A stretch of DNA of 64,000 nt from Candidatus Bathyarchaeia archaeon (lineage in GTDB: Archaea; Thermoproteota; Bathyarchaeia; Bathyarchaeales; Bathycorpusculaceae). Shown here one piece after another: positions 10,309-20,125 of this stretch (within the stretch, counting starts at the first letter, position 1; the number at the start of each line of letters is the position of its first letter). The position numbers were made by a program, and so were the translations under genes. The notes beneath the pieces were generated by a model. The model was given only the letters and a program-made list of their open reading frames with translations. It was not told the origin of the DNA and searched no databases. Location of the stretch: NCBI GenBank assembly GCA_050012255.1, contig JBEKHN010000006.1:32001-96000 (forward strand), read 5' to 3'.

Positions 10309-10623
10309 CTAGAAGTCTGCGCGCGCGCTCATTATTTGAACTGAATCAGACGTTCTTTTCTGTGTTTGTTCATTATGCGAATTTGACCCTTCTTGACTCT
10401 TTGCATAACTTTCCATTATTCTCAATACGACTACTCCGAATGAATCTGGCTTCAATAAACTCCCAACGCCGAACACACCCAAAGCACCCGTAAAAACCGA
10501 AAGTGTGAGACTGGATATATTCCAACCATAATTGATTGCTAGGTAGCCCGCAAAAATCCCAAGTAAGATAGAACCCAGTAGGCAGATTGCTCCCCCAGCA
10601 TACACTTCTTCTCTTTTCTTGTA
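10309..10623 (-). pseudogene. Probable fragment of a two-TM membrane protein gene bounded by (GC)n runs
   Basis: Two hydrophobic helices (GGAICLLGSILLGIFAGYLAI; LTLSVFTGALGVFGVGSLL); no clear start; the longer ORF-track frame runs through the tRNA. Confidence 0.4.
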
Positions 10624-10748
10624 GCGCGCGCGCGCTGACGTGTAGAATATCCTTAGTGTAGTGGTATTCCATTGTGGCCTTCCAATGTCGGAGGGTGTGG
10701 AAGAACATAAAAAAAGGGGAAACTCCGTATAAATTCGCGCTTGAGCGT

Positions 10749-10824
10749 TGGTAGCCCGGGAGAGATTCGAACTCTCGTCAGCGGCTCCAGAGGCCGCCAT
10801 GTTTGACCACTGCACCACCGGGCT
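10749..10824 (-). tRNA. tRNA-Gln (anticodon CTG), CCA encoded
   Basis: AGCCCGG acceptor stem, anticodon arm GCGGC-CT-CTG-GA-GCCGC, T-loop TTCGAAT, 3' ACCA. Confidence 0.95.
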
Positions 10825-10906
10825 TTGTCACAAAGGGATCAAACAATGAAGTTCGGGATAAATACTTTAGTGCGGAATGGGGAAGGATGAAAACAACGTG
10901 TGCTTC

Positions 10907-11110
10907 CTATTTTTGCTTCTTCAGCGTCTCTTCGATGCAGTGGCATTCTTGGGCGCCGGGGTACCATTCTTCGCAGCACCAAAGCGTTGACACTATTGCG
11001 TCTTGGTTCTTCAAGTATCGTCTGGTGCAGAACACTTGGCATGGGAAGTCGTAGGCGTTGTGGCTGGTGCAGTTTCCGCAGAATTTGTGTTTGGAAGGTT
11101 TCTTCTTCAT
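10907..11110 (-). CDS. Small Cys-rich (metal-binding) protein
   Basis: 67 aa, 8 Cys (FCGNC..C..C..WCC..CHC), 7 bp downstream of dys. Confidence 0.6.
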   Translation of the reverse strand: MKKKPSKHKFCGNCTSHNAYDFPCQVFCTRRYLKNQDAIVSTLWCCEEWYPGAQECHCIEETLKKQK

Positions 11111-11117
11111 GCGGATT

Positions 11118-12140
11118 TCACTCCTTAACGATGGGGTCTTCGAATTTCACGTTCCGCGCTCGCTTGAAGTCTTTGCCGAGTCTCTCCACGACTGAGGCCA
11201 CGATCGTTGGGAAGACGATCATCGCGTCGCTGATGACCATTACTTTGTCTGCTTGACCCTTCAGCTTCCCCCAGCTGACGGTCTCTTCGAGTGTCGATCC
11301 TGAAAGCCCACCCGTTTCTGGGCGGTCCATAGTTATCACGACGGCGTAGTCTATGCCTGACTTTGTGGCCAGGGCTGCTGACTGTATGGTGTTTCTCGGC
11401 ACTCCACCGCCTATGACTATCATGCCGTTTCTGGAAGCGCCTCGACAGATGCTGATTATTTCCGACACGTCTTTGAAGCTGTCTACGACCAGCGTGTTCT
11501 TAAAAGCCCTGCGAGAGGCGTGGAGATGGTAGATGTAACCGAATTCTGAGTCGCGGACCGCTGGAATAAAAATTGGGGCTTTTGCTTCGTAGGCCGCGCG
11601 CAGAATCGAATTAGGGTCTTTGAGTCTTCTGCCCAGTTCCCAAGCAAAATCCCTCGAGGACAGAGGCTTCCCCTTGGATTCTGTGGCCATCTGGTCGTAT
11701 ATTTTCACGAGCTCACAGTCGAGTTTTATGAAGTCTTCCTCTGGGACGAAGACGTCGTATATGCGGTAGGTATGGTTTTTGTAGAGCATGTAATCGTCTA
11801 CAAACCAGTGTCCTTTGTAGTGGTGGCCTCCTATGGCTTCTAAGGCGTCGTGAACCATGTTTGCTCCCGTTGTTACGAGGACGTCGATGAGGTTTTCACG
11901 AATCATGTCTGCAATCAGCGAGCGCATGCCTGCTGGAACCATGGCTCCTGCTAGGGCTAAGAAAACCGTGCAATCGTCGTCCCGAACCATGCGCTCGTAG
12001 ATGTCGCATGCCGTTGAAACTCTTCCTGCCCCGAAGGATCCCGAGTTTTGAAACTGTCGAACGAGCTGGTCTACGGTGAGTCTTCCCCTGATTCTCATGT
12101 GTTTCACTTGCTCGCGAAGGATCTCTTTCCTCTGCATCAA
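11118..12140 (-). CDS. dys: Deoxyhypusine synthase
   Basis: LAGAMVPAGM, TTGANMVHD, IGGGVPRN, GGLSGSTLEETVSWGK. Confidence 0.9.
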   Translation of the reverse strand: MMQRKEILREQVKHMRIRGRLTVDQLVRQFQNSGSFGAGRVSTACDIYERMVRDDDCTVFLALAGAMVPAGMRSLIADMIRENLIDVLVTTGANMVHDALEAIGGHHYKGHWFVDDYMLYKNHTYRIYDVFVPEEDFIKLDCELVKIYDQMATESKGKPLSSRDFAWELGRRLKDPNSILRAAYEAKAPIFIPAVRDSEFGYIYHLHASRRAFKNTLVVDSFKDVSEIISICRGASRNGMIVIGGGVPRNTIQSAALATKSGIDYAVVITMDRPETGGLSGSTLEETVSWGKLKGQADKVMVISDAMIVFPTIVASVVERLGKDFKRARNVKFEDPIVKE

Positions 12141-12259
12141 AATACACGCTCAGAATCTCACTCTTTGGTTGACTAAGAAGAAATATTTTGCTGTGCTGCT
12201 GCGTTAGTGAAGATTGAGATTAGAGGGGGACAGATTCTGCGTCTGAGATGAGAGTTGGC

Positions 12260-12727
12260 TCATTTGACAACCAAGACTGGGCAGTGTGCGTTTTTTATGA
12301 CGCCTTCGCTGACGCTTCCCATGAGAAGCTCTCTTATCCTGCTTATGCCTCTGGCACCCATAACTATCAAGTCGAACTCTCCTTCTTTTGCCAGTGCGAC
12401 GGTTTCCTGCACGGTGTTTCCTTCCCTGAGAGTAGTTTCGACCCTAACGTTTGCAGACTTGGCTTTCTGCTCACCCTCTGTTAGAATTCTGTTACCAACC
12501 ATGCGTGCGGCCTCGACTATCTTCGCGACTTCTGCGGAGGTTACAACGGGAACTCCTGCTGGGGTCAGAGTAGTCGGTTCAGGAGCAATCACAGCTGGCA
12601 CAGTGACAGAGTAAACATGGAGTAGCGTCATCTTTGCGCCAAATTTCTTGGCGATTTGAGTTGCAGTTTCTAAGGCTCTCTCTGAATGTTCTGAACCGTC
12701 TAAAAGGACCAAAACCTTCTCAAACAT
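12260..12727 (-). CDS. Universal stress protein
   Basis: LDGSEHS...DLIVMGARG...LMGSVSEGV...CPVLVVK. Confidence 0.92.
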   Translation of the reverse strand: MFEKVLVLLDGSEHSERALETATQIAKKFGAKMTLLHVYSVTVPAVIAPEPTTLTPAGVPVVTSAEVAKIVEAARMVGNRILTEGEQKAKSANVRVETTLREGNTVQETVALAKEGEFDLIVMGARGISRIRELLMGSVSEGVIKNAHCPVLVVK

Positions 12728-12827
12728 TTTGGCTGCTCCCGCACAGAAACTGCTGTACAGTTTCAGATATAACCTTTGAATTCTTTTAAACTAGGCGTTA
12801 TGGCGGGCTTAAGGTTTGGGTTTTTTG

Positions 12828-13061
12828 TTAGAGTAGGGCGAAGCTTGTTGACTTTATTCTTCCCTTGGTGTCAACGATAACTTCGAACCTCTCAGCCCAT
12901 GGGTGTCCTTCCAGGTCTATTGGGCACGTGCCCCGGATTACCCAGATGTCGTTGTTGTGGTCGACTCCGGATACTTCCACGTTGGGGGTGTTCTTCCTTT
13001 TCTTTAGAAAATCAATCGCTATCTGCTGGGCTGATTCTACGCTGATGCTCTTTTCCTTCAC
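12828..13061 (-). CDS. Small hypothetical protein (PepSY-like pattern)
   Basis: AQQIAIDFL...WVIRG...EVIVDTKGRI. Confidence 0.55.
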   Translation of the reverse strand: MKEKSISVESAQQIAIDFLKKRKNTPNVEVSGVDHNNDIWVIRGTCPIDLEGHPWAERFEVIVDTKGRIKSTSFALL

Positions 13062-13248
13062 CGCGTTTCCTCCGAAGCGTTGGTTTCACTATCTTCATGA
13101 GCGGCATAAAAAGGGTTATGAACGAGGAATATTTAGCGAAAATAAGTGCGACTGGAGTGGCAATGTGTTTCTGCTTATGCTTCGATAGGTTCAAATCAGC
13201 AGACGCTTATCGTAGAATTGATGCAGTTCTGGCTGGAAAAGGAATGTC

Positions 13249-14322
13249 ATGAGCGAAAGGAAGAGGATAATATTCCATTTGGACATGGACCATTTTTTCT
13301 CGGCGGTTGAGGAGGGGGAGCATCCGGAGCTCAAGGGTAAGCCTGTCATTGTTGGGGCTGCCCCCCTGGGTGGAAAGGGCAGAGGGGTTGTGAGCACTAG
13401 TAACTACGAGGCTAGGAAGTTCGGAGTGAGGTCGGGTATGCCTATTTCTAGGGCTTGGAAGCTTTGTCCACAGGGGGTCTATTTGCCTGTCAATTATGAG
13501 CTGTATGCAAGGGTCTCTAACGAGATAATGGATATTCTGCGGAAATACGCTGACAAGTTTGAACAGTGGGGTATCGACGAAGCCTTCCTTGATGTGTCCT
13601 CAAGAGTGAGAGATTATGCGGAAGCGGGAGCTTTGGCACGGGAGATAAAGAGGAAAATCTACGAGAACGAAGGGCTGACTTGCTCGATAGGGGTAAGCTC
13701 AAACAAGCTCGTCGCCAAAATAGTCAGCGAAGCCCAGAAGCCCGACGGTCTGACAATTGTCAGGGAGGAGGCTGTTGAAAAGTTTCTTGCTCCTCTTCCA
13801 GTTCGGAGGTTGCTGGGCGTCGGAAGGAAGACTGGGCAGATACTCGAAGAGATGGGCATAAAGACCATTGAAGACCTAGCTCATTTTGACCCTGCGGTCT
13901 TGGCTGAATCTTTCGGTGTCATGGGCACTCAGCTTTACCTTATGGCTCATGGGATTGATAGAAGTGAGGTTGAGGAAAGAAGTGAGGTCAAATCCATCGG
14001 GCGAGACGTGACTTTTCCGGAGGATACCGACGACTTCGGCTATGTTTTGAATACTTTGTACGGGCTTTCTGAGGAGGTGAGCAGGAACGTTTTGGACCAG
14101 CGGCTTTACTTTAAGACGGTAACGGTTAGGGTGCGTTACGAGAATTTTGAAACGCACACACATGGCAAGACCCTGCCTTTCATGACAGACCGTTTGCAGG
14201 ATTTGAAGAAAGCCTCTGGGGAACTGATGCAATCTTATCTTAAACCTAGCAGGAAAGTCAGGCTCGTCGGCGTCAGAGTGTCCAGTCTTGTTTCGGGTTT
14301 CAAGCAGAAGAAGCTGCTCTAG
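13249..14322 (+). CDS. dinB: DNA polymerase IV (Y family)
   Basis: HLDMDHFFSAVE, SNYEARKFGVRSGM, IDEAFLD, NKLVAK..KPDG. Confidence 0.95.
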   Translation: MSERKRIIFHLDMDHFFSAVEEGEHPELKGKPVIVGAAPLGGKGRGVVSTSNYEARKFGVRSGMPISRAWKLCPQGVYLPVNYELYARVSNEIMDILRKYADKFEQWGIDEAFLDVSSRVRDYAEAGALAREIKRKIYENEGLTCSIGVSSNKLVAKIVSEAQKPDGLTIVREEAVEKFLAPLPVRRLLGVGRKTGQILEEMGIKTIEDLAHFDPAVLAESFGVMGTQLYLMAHGIDRSEVEERSEVKSIGRDVTFPEDTDDFGYVLNTLYGLSEEVSRNVLDQRLYFKTVTVRVRYENFETHTHGKTLPFMTDRLQDLKKASGELMQSYLKPSRKVRLVGVRVSSLVSGFKQKKLL

Positions 14323-14463
14323 TCCGCTGTGGGCTGATGGGAACTATCTTTCATGTGGGAGCAGGATCTGGACTTTGCGATCTGGCCAACAATAGTTATT
14401 AATAAGACATTTGAGAAATTCTGTGCGTTCAGATTATAGAGCGAAGGCGAAAGGGTAAGGAAG

Positions 14464-16029
14464 ATGCCGGCTAAGTCGGGCGTGAAGGTTGTGCTGACTG
14501 CTTCAGCGACGGAGATGAGTGACTTTGCCGATAATCCCTTTGTTGCCTTCGCAGGTGGTTTTGCCAAGGGACCAGTGCCTTTGTGGTTTTTGAGGAGAGC
14601 ATTGTACCCACCGGTCGAACGGAATGACGGTGACGGAAGGGCAAAGTATGCGCCCTACGGTTTAAGGAAGGTTGAAGCTCTGCTCTTGCAGAATGGTTTT
14701 GAAGAGTCAGAAGTGGCGGTCGTTCATCCGAGCAACCTTGACGAGTTCGTTGGGCCGAACACGAAGGTCGTAGGCATAACTTCCATGGACCCCACTGGAA
14801 TGGCATACGTTAGCAAGACATATTCTTCAATAGTCGGCGGTGGAGAGCCGATGAACGCTATTGAATTCAAAAAGCTGATCAAGCACAGGAGTATCCGAAG
14901 ATATAGGCCTAAGGTGATCGTTGGAGGCTTCGGGTCTTGGCAGCTGGAACGGAAGAGAGTGGCTGAAAGATACGGTGTGGACTGCGTGGTCATCGGTGAG
15001 GGGGAAACGGCTGTCACAAATGTTTTCAAGAAGGCCGTGAACGGTGAACCCGTTCCCCGCGTCGTTCGTGTCAGGAGCAGCGTTGAATGTGACAAAGTGC
15101 CGCTTATCAGGCATCCAGCGATCCACGGCTGCGTGGAAATCTCCAGAGGCTGCGGTAGAAATTGCCAGTTCTGCACTCCTACGATGCAGAAAAAGCGGGA
15201 TGTGCCGCTGGAAAGGATACTGAAGGAAGTTGAAGTCACTACAAAGGGAGGATCCCCTCGTATCACGCTGGTGACTGAGGACCTTTTCCTTTATGGTTCG
15301 AAGGATCCTGGTTTTGTACCAAACAGAGAGGCTGTTGTGAGGCTGGTTAGGAGCGTGGCGTCGGTTCCAGGGGTCAAGGCTGTGCAGCCGTCGCACAGTT
15401 CTTTGGCTCCCGTTGTTGCTGACCCTGCGATGGTCAAGGAAGTTGCTGACGTTCTGATTGAGCACAACTGGTATTATCACGGGAAAAAGAGGATTGTGAC
15501 TTCTGAAGTGGGGTTGGAGACTGGCAGCGTTAGGCTCATGCGGAAGTACATGGCTGGGAAGATGCTTCCCTTCAAGCCTGAGCAGTGGAAGGAAGTCGTG
15601 GCTCAATCCTTTGGAATAATGAATGATAACGACTGGTACCCTCTTGCCACGCTGATAATTGGGCTCCCAGATGAACGTGAAGAAGATGTTTTGGAGACGC
15701 TTGGACTGATGGATGACCTGAGGGATTACAGCGCCTTCTATGTTCCTCTGTTCTTTGTTCCCCTAGAGAATTGTCTCCTGATGAACGGGCGTGGAGCGGA
15801 GCTTGATTCTCTCACGAAGGCGCGGTGGGAGCTTTTCGCGCGTTCCTGGGAATACAACGTCAGGATATGGGGAGACACTTTCTTGCAGCACAGGATTCCG
15901 AACCCGCTGCTCTTCAAGCTCGTGAAGAGGGTGGCGATCCCCTTCGGCGGCAAAGTTGCAGGATTATATTATGGAATGAAGCACGGCGAAGAAATGGAGA
16001 AGGCCATCTGGCGGATGGCAAACGCCTGA
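14464..16029 (+). CDS. B12-binding-domain radical SAM protein
   Basis: PYGLRKVEA, VIVGG, GEGE, SRGCGRNCQFC. Confidence 0.85.
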   Translation: MPAKSGVKVVLTASATEMSDFADNPFVAFAGGFAKGPVPLWFLRRALYPPVERNDGDGRAKYAPYGLRKVEALLLQNGFEESEVAVVHPSNLDEFVGPNTKVVGITSMDPTGMAYVSKTYSSIVGGGEPMNAIEFKKLIKHRSIRRYRPKVIVGGFGSWQLERKRVAERYGVDCVVIGEGETAVTNVFKKAVNGEPVPRVVRVRSSVECDKVPLIRHPAIHGCVEISRGCGRNCQFCTPTMQKKRDVPLERILKEVEVTTKGGSPRITLVTEDLFLYGSKDPGFVPNREAVVRLVRSVASVPGVKAVQPSHSSLAPVVADPAMVKEVADVLIEHNWYYHGKKRIVTSEVGLETGSVRLMRKYMAGKMLPFKPEQWKEVVAQSFGIMNDNDWYPLATLIIGLPDEREEDVLETLGLMDDLRDYSAFYVPLFFVPLENCLLMNGRGAELDSLTKARWELFARSWEYNVRIWGDTFLQHRIPNPLLFKLVKRVAIPFGGKVAGLYYGMKHGEEMEKAIWRMANA

Positions 16030-16039
16030 CTTTTGATCA

Positions 16040-16312
16040 CTATTTTGGTTTTTTCTTCTTTGCTCGTCGAATCTCGAACACGACGGGGTTCTCGCCGTCT
16101 GGGCACGCGTTGAAGATGACGTCTTTGTCTTCAGCCCAAGGAAAATCGGCGTCGTAACGCATCGCGTAGACTTTTGGAAGCAGAACCATCAAGGCGCTGT
16201 AGCAGATGTCTCCTTTGACGGTTCTCCCGTCGAAGACAATCTTATCGCCGACTCTGTGTCCGAAGTTGCACTTCCCTTTCTGACTCTTCACTGTCACTTC
16301 GACGACAGACAT
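16040..16312 (-). CDS. TIGR04076-family-like Cys protein
   Basis: GKCNFGHRVGD..IC..AL..ACPDGENPVVFEI. Confidence 0.7.
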   Translation of the reverse strand: MSVVEVTVKSQKGKCNFGHRVGDKIVFDGRTVKGDICYSALMVLLPKVYAMRYDADFPWAEDKDVIFNACPDGENPVVFEIRRAKKKKPK

Positions 16313-16325
16313 GCTTGTTCACCCA

Positions 16326-16652
16326 TTATTCTCCAACTGCCTCTGGGTATTTCTCTCTTATCTCTTCGTCTGCTATCTTCGCGATCATCGCGCTAGAGAT
16401 GAGCACGTGTTTGACCCCTCTGAGGGCAGCCAAGTCTGCGGGTTTCTGGTCCTGTGTGACCAGCAAGAGGTTGTTTCTTCTCGCGAACTCGACTATGTCC
16501 TTGTCTTTCGCTCCTTTCAGGCCAACATTCTGTGCGGTCACTGCTTCCCAGCCTAGGGTTTCAAAGTACTCTTTCAAGCCTGCGTACATTTCGTCGAGCA
16601 GAAGCTTCAATCCTGCCGCCTCTTCGGTCGGTCTTAGATGTGCAGTGTTCAC
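16326..16652 (-). CDS. DUF5615 / Mut7-C-like PIN-domain protein
   Basis: KLLLDEM...GAKDKDIVEFA...LLVTQD. Confidence 0.75.
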   Translation of the reverse strand: MNTAHLRPTEEAAGLKLLLDEMYAGLKEYFETLGWEAVTAQNVGLKGAKDKDIVEFARRNNLLLVTQDQKPADLAALRGVKHVLISSAMIAKIADEEIREKYPEAVGE

Positions 16653-16734
16653 CTATTTAGACGCTTCCACAAGTCTTGGCTGACGCTACATCCCTGTATT
16701 CGCGTTTTGACCCCGTCTATTCCACCCTCCCCCT

Positions 16735-16960
16735 CCCCCCTAGGGTACTAGTACTGCACGTAGGCTTTCGTGAAGGCCCTAGTGGATTGGCGTGGGTCCG
16801 AGGCCAGGTGTGTGCGGAAGGCTTCGCAGAGGGTCTTGGCAAGGGTCGTAACTTTTCAATGCACTCCAACATCAAGCCGCTTACTGGTTTCAGCTGCCCC
16901 GCGCAGACCTTGCCGACACGCCTGTCCCTCCCCTCCAGGGTGCCCGTTCTTACTAGACTA
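16735..16960 (+). ncRNA. Putative structured non-coding RNA of unknown class
   Basis: GC-rich non-coding gap with several nested helices whose G-U pairs work on the + strand (see findings). Confidence 0.35.
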
Positions 16961-17060
16961 TATCGAAGAAACTGCCGCATCCGGCCTCTTCTGCTGTTTC
17001 GGCCGCTGGGAGAAAAGTCTTTAGGACGACAGGGGTTACGTAAGCTTGAGGTTGTAACGT

Positions 17061-18047
17061 TTGGTCTCTTTGAGGGCTTTGGCCCCTTCTTTGACGCGGA
17101 TCACGGTGGCTGCTGCTGTCGGAGCGGCTTTGCACATCGGCCAAGGGAATGCCGATTTGGTGGATGCGAAGGCTGTCGAGTTTTCGAGAGCTGTGCTGGC
17201 TCAGACGGATGTTGAAGGAGAAGTGATTGCTTGTGAAGGGCCTAAGGACAATGCGCCTGCGTTCCTGCGCAGAGAACTTGTGGGAACCGGGAAGGGCCCG
17301 AAGGTTCAGTTCGTCATCGACCCAGTTGACGGCACAACAGCTGCCTCAAAGGGCAGAAAAGACGCGATCTCGGCTCTCGCGTGTGCACCAGCAGGATGCT
17401 TCCAAGTGCTTCCAGACGACGGATACTACTTCAAGGTGGCAACGGATCACCGTTCAATCGGAAAAATCTCGTTAGAAATGTCGGTGGACGACATTGTGCG
17501 CACGGTTGCCCGCGAAAAGGGCTTGCCCCTTGAGAACTTCACCGTCATAATGTTGGAACGCGACAGGCACACGGGGATTCTGCAAAGTCTGAGAAAGCTG
17601 GGCGTAAGGATAATTCTCATTCCCGACGGTGACATCGCAGGAGCGGTTGTCACGTGCCGACCAGGCTCAGGCATTGACCTTCTCGTCGGTGCAGGCGCAG
17701 GTCCAGAAGCGACCATTGCTGCAACAGCGATCAAGTGTCTGGGAGGCACGATGCTCGTCAAGGTTTGGAGAGACGAGAAAGATGATCAGAAACGGCTGGA
17801 AAGGTTGGCTACCGAAGGAGTAGACGTGGACAAGACTTATAGCGAAGACGAGCTTGCCAAGGGCAACGAACTTGTCTTTGCAGCCTCAGGCGTGACGAAG
17901 GGCGAACTCTTAGACGGCGTGCGTTTCATCCCAGAAGGCGCCGTGGTGAACTCCCTTTGCATGCGATTACCCAGCGGAACAGTGGAAAAGTCTGAAACGA
18001 CTTTGCGCTTCAAAGGACACCCCGTGTACAAGAAGTTCCTACCATGA
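17061..18047 (+). CDS. glpX: Fructose-1,6-bisphosphatase class II
   Basis: ACEGPKDNAP, IDPVDGT, ERDRH, IPDGD, GAGPEA, ASGVTKGELLDGV. Confidence 0.88.
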   Translation: MVSLRALAPSLTRITVAAAVGAALHIGQGNADLVDAKAVEFSRAVLAQTDVEGEVIACEGPKDNAPAFLRRELVGTGKGPKVQFVIDPVDGTTAASKGRKDAISALACAPAGCFQVLPDDGYYFKVATDHRSIGKISLEMSVDDIVRTVAREKGLPLENFTVIMLERDRHTGILQSLRKLGVRIILIPDGDIAGAVVTCRPGSGIDLLVGAGAGPEATIAATAIKCLGGTMLVKVWRDEKDDQKRLERLATEGVDVDKTYSEDELAKGNELVFAASGVTKGELLDGVRFIPEGAVVNSLCMRLPSGTVEKSETTLRFKGHPVYKKFLP

Positions 18048-18465
18048 TCCTGTGGCGAAAGAGTTTGAAAGTGGAAATGCTGGGAAAGTGTACGCGGTTC
18101 GAAGCCCAATCTGGCTTTGATGAGGAGTTGGGAAAGTGACTGGAAAGACGACCACTTTGCCTTGCGGATGCAAGTATCAAGACGACGGATACATGGTTGT
18201 TCGTGTCCATGAATGCGCTTACCACATGCAGAGACGAACAAGAAAGCGACCGTACCGGCCTAAGGCTGAGTGCGTAAGGCCCTAAACGCTCGCCAAAACA
18301 AGTCTTTACCCAAACTGGTGAAGCCAAATCTATGGCAAATCTGATTTCAGTGTCGAGCGCGCCGATAGCTGGCTATGGCAACAAAGTCTTGGATAAAATC
18401 AGAAGAAAGTGGAAGTTATTGTTGCAAGCGGTTGATTTCCAAGCTTTACGGAGTGCCTGAACGAG

Positions 18466-19122
18466 ATGGTTAACAGTAGGATGATTGTGTTTGCTCCCCA
18501 CCCAGACGATGAAACGTTGGCCTGCGGCGGAACCATGCTTAGAAAAATCCAAGAAGGGTTTGATGTCCACGTCGTTGTCATGACGGATGGGCGCCATTCT
18601 CATGATGTCACGCTTGGCCTCGCGGAGCCTTCGCCTGAAACAATAGCGGAAATACGTGCGACAGAGTTTAGCGAAGCCACCCGTGTCTTGGGAGTCAATC
18701 TTAGTAATCTGCTTCTCCTGGGGTTTGAGGATGGCAAGCTAAGGGAGCAAATGAGTGAAGCAAGAGAAAGGACTGTTCGGATTCTTCGCGAGGTGCGTCC
18801 AGTCGAGATATACGTGCCTTACAGAGACGACGCCAATGAAGATCACCGGACAACTTACGAAATCGTTGCTGGCAGTGTCAGGGAAGCTGATCTGCTCCCT
18901 AAAATGTACGAATACTCCGTATGGAATGGAAAGATCCCTCGCCCAGGATTGAAAGTGTTTGTGATGGATATTCACGGGGAATTGGGAAGAAAAATGGAAG
19001 CCATCTCCAAATACAAGAGTCAGATCTCAACGTGTTTTCCAAAGCAGGAAAAAGCAGTCCTAAGCGAAGAGTTCGTAAACATGTTCCGTTCTGAAAGTGA
19101 AGTATTCTACACAAAACAATAA
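18466..19122 (+). CDS. PIG-L/LmbE family deacetylase
   Basis: APHPDDE, TDG, D-x-H (NEDH), YKSQ. Confidence 0.9.
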   Translation: MVNSRMIVFAPHPDDETLACGGTMLRKIQEGFDVHVVVMTDGRHSHDVTLGLAEPSPETIAEIRATEFSEATRVLGVNLSNLLLLGFEDGKLREQMSEARERTVRILREVRPVEIYVPYRDDANEDHRTTYEIVAGSVREADLLPKMYEYSVWNGKIPRPGLKVFVMDIHGELGRKMEAISKYKSQISTCFPKQEKAVLSEEFVNMFRSESEVFYTKQ

Positions 19123-19361
19123 CCAAGACCCATAACGTGCTTGTCTTGCACGCGCGCTGTTCTGGAGCTTCCTTCGTTGCTTATTCCGCCCCCGTCTATG
19201 ATAGTGACGTTGTTGGCAGTGGTGGTCCGCAGAAGAAAACGCATGTTCTAGTACCCTCTGCATAAGAGAAACTTGAAGCACCAGACTCCTGACATAGAAA
19301 GTGCCTCTGCATGACTTTGGCACAGAATGTCTTAAGAATGATCCCCCTGCTTGATATGTGC

Positions 19362-19994
19362 ATGACAAAGCTGTATTTTCTCGGCGGGGAAGATGTGGCA
19401 GAAAGAGACTCTAGAGAAATCAATGAAAAAGCGTTTATGGAAGCTGGTGGGACACCTGTTGTTCTGATTTTCAATTGGACAGCAGAATCGGCTGACAAAA
19501 TGGGAAAATACGGGAAGATAATGGTTGATTACTTTGAAGACATTGGTGCAAGCGCTGTCGAATTTGCAGAACGTTCAGATTCGTCGGAAGAAATTGCTCA
19601 GAAGGCTAAGCGTTCAGATTTGATATACCTGCCCGGCGGAGTCACGAGAATTCTGCTTGAACGTATACTAGATGCAAAAGTCGACAGCTTGTTGCGAGAA
19701 TACGACAAAATCATCGTTGGAAACAGTGCAGGTGCCCTAGCGCTTGGCAGAGACTGCATACTCACCAGAGGTAAACTCAACAAGAGAACCGTGATAATTC
19801 CAGGCCTCGGTCTGGTGGACTTCAGTGTTAAAGTTCACTACAAAGCTTCAAGGGACCGCGAATTGAAACAGCTTTCATACGCAAGAACAATATACGCCAT
19901 CCCCGAGCGCTGTGCACTCATTTATGACGGCGGCTCTGTATCCGGCATTGGGGACATCTACCTGTTTCAAAACGGAGAGAAGACCAAGCAGTGA
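19362..19994 (+). CDS. Peptidase S51 (peptidase E/cyanophycinase-like)
   Basis: LGGED, IYLPGG, GNSAGA, VHY. Confidence 0.85.
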   Translation: MTKLYFLGGEDVAERDSREINEKAFMEAGGTPVVLIFNWTAESADKMGKYGKIMVDYFEDIGASAVEFAERSDSSEEIAQKAKRSDLIYLPGGVTRILLERILDAKVDSLLREYDKIIVGNSAGALALGRDCILTRGKLNKRTVIIPGLGLVDFSVKVHYKASRDRELKQLSYARTIYAIPERCALIYDGGSVSGIGDIYLFQNGEKTKQ

Positions 19995-20125
19995 ATGGAA
20001 ACATTTGCTCAGAGTCTAAGCTTCTCTGAACTTGTTGAAGCCTATTATTTCTTTGATGGTCTTCCTTTTTCTGGTCGTCAGGCAACGGCGAAAATCCTCC
20101 TTCTTGCTGCTGGATGCAGTACCGC

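Noticed and set aside
10542-10550. GGTAGCCCG matching the tRNA-Gln 3' end as a possible att copy
   Set aside because: Only 9 bp, 200 bp away, no integrase nearby; compatible with chance.
10309-10818. 169-aa ORF as given in the track
   Set aside because: Its N-terminal part reads through tRNA-Gln; only the hydrophobic 3' part looks coding.
14827-15606. Long antisense ORFs inside the radical SAM gene and similar shadows in smc and ribosomal genes
   Set aside because: They overlap well-supported genes on the opposite strand and lack motifs.
16700-17000. RNase P RNA or SRP RNA
   Set aside because: No GAGGAAAGUCC/ACAGAA P4 strands; CCAGG..GGAAG..GCAG has the wrong spacing for SRP helix 8 and there is no Alu domain.
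18044-18400. Possible gene remnant after glpX
   Set aside because: Only short broken frames; no family recognisable.
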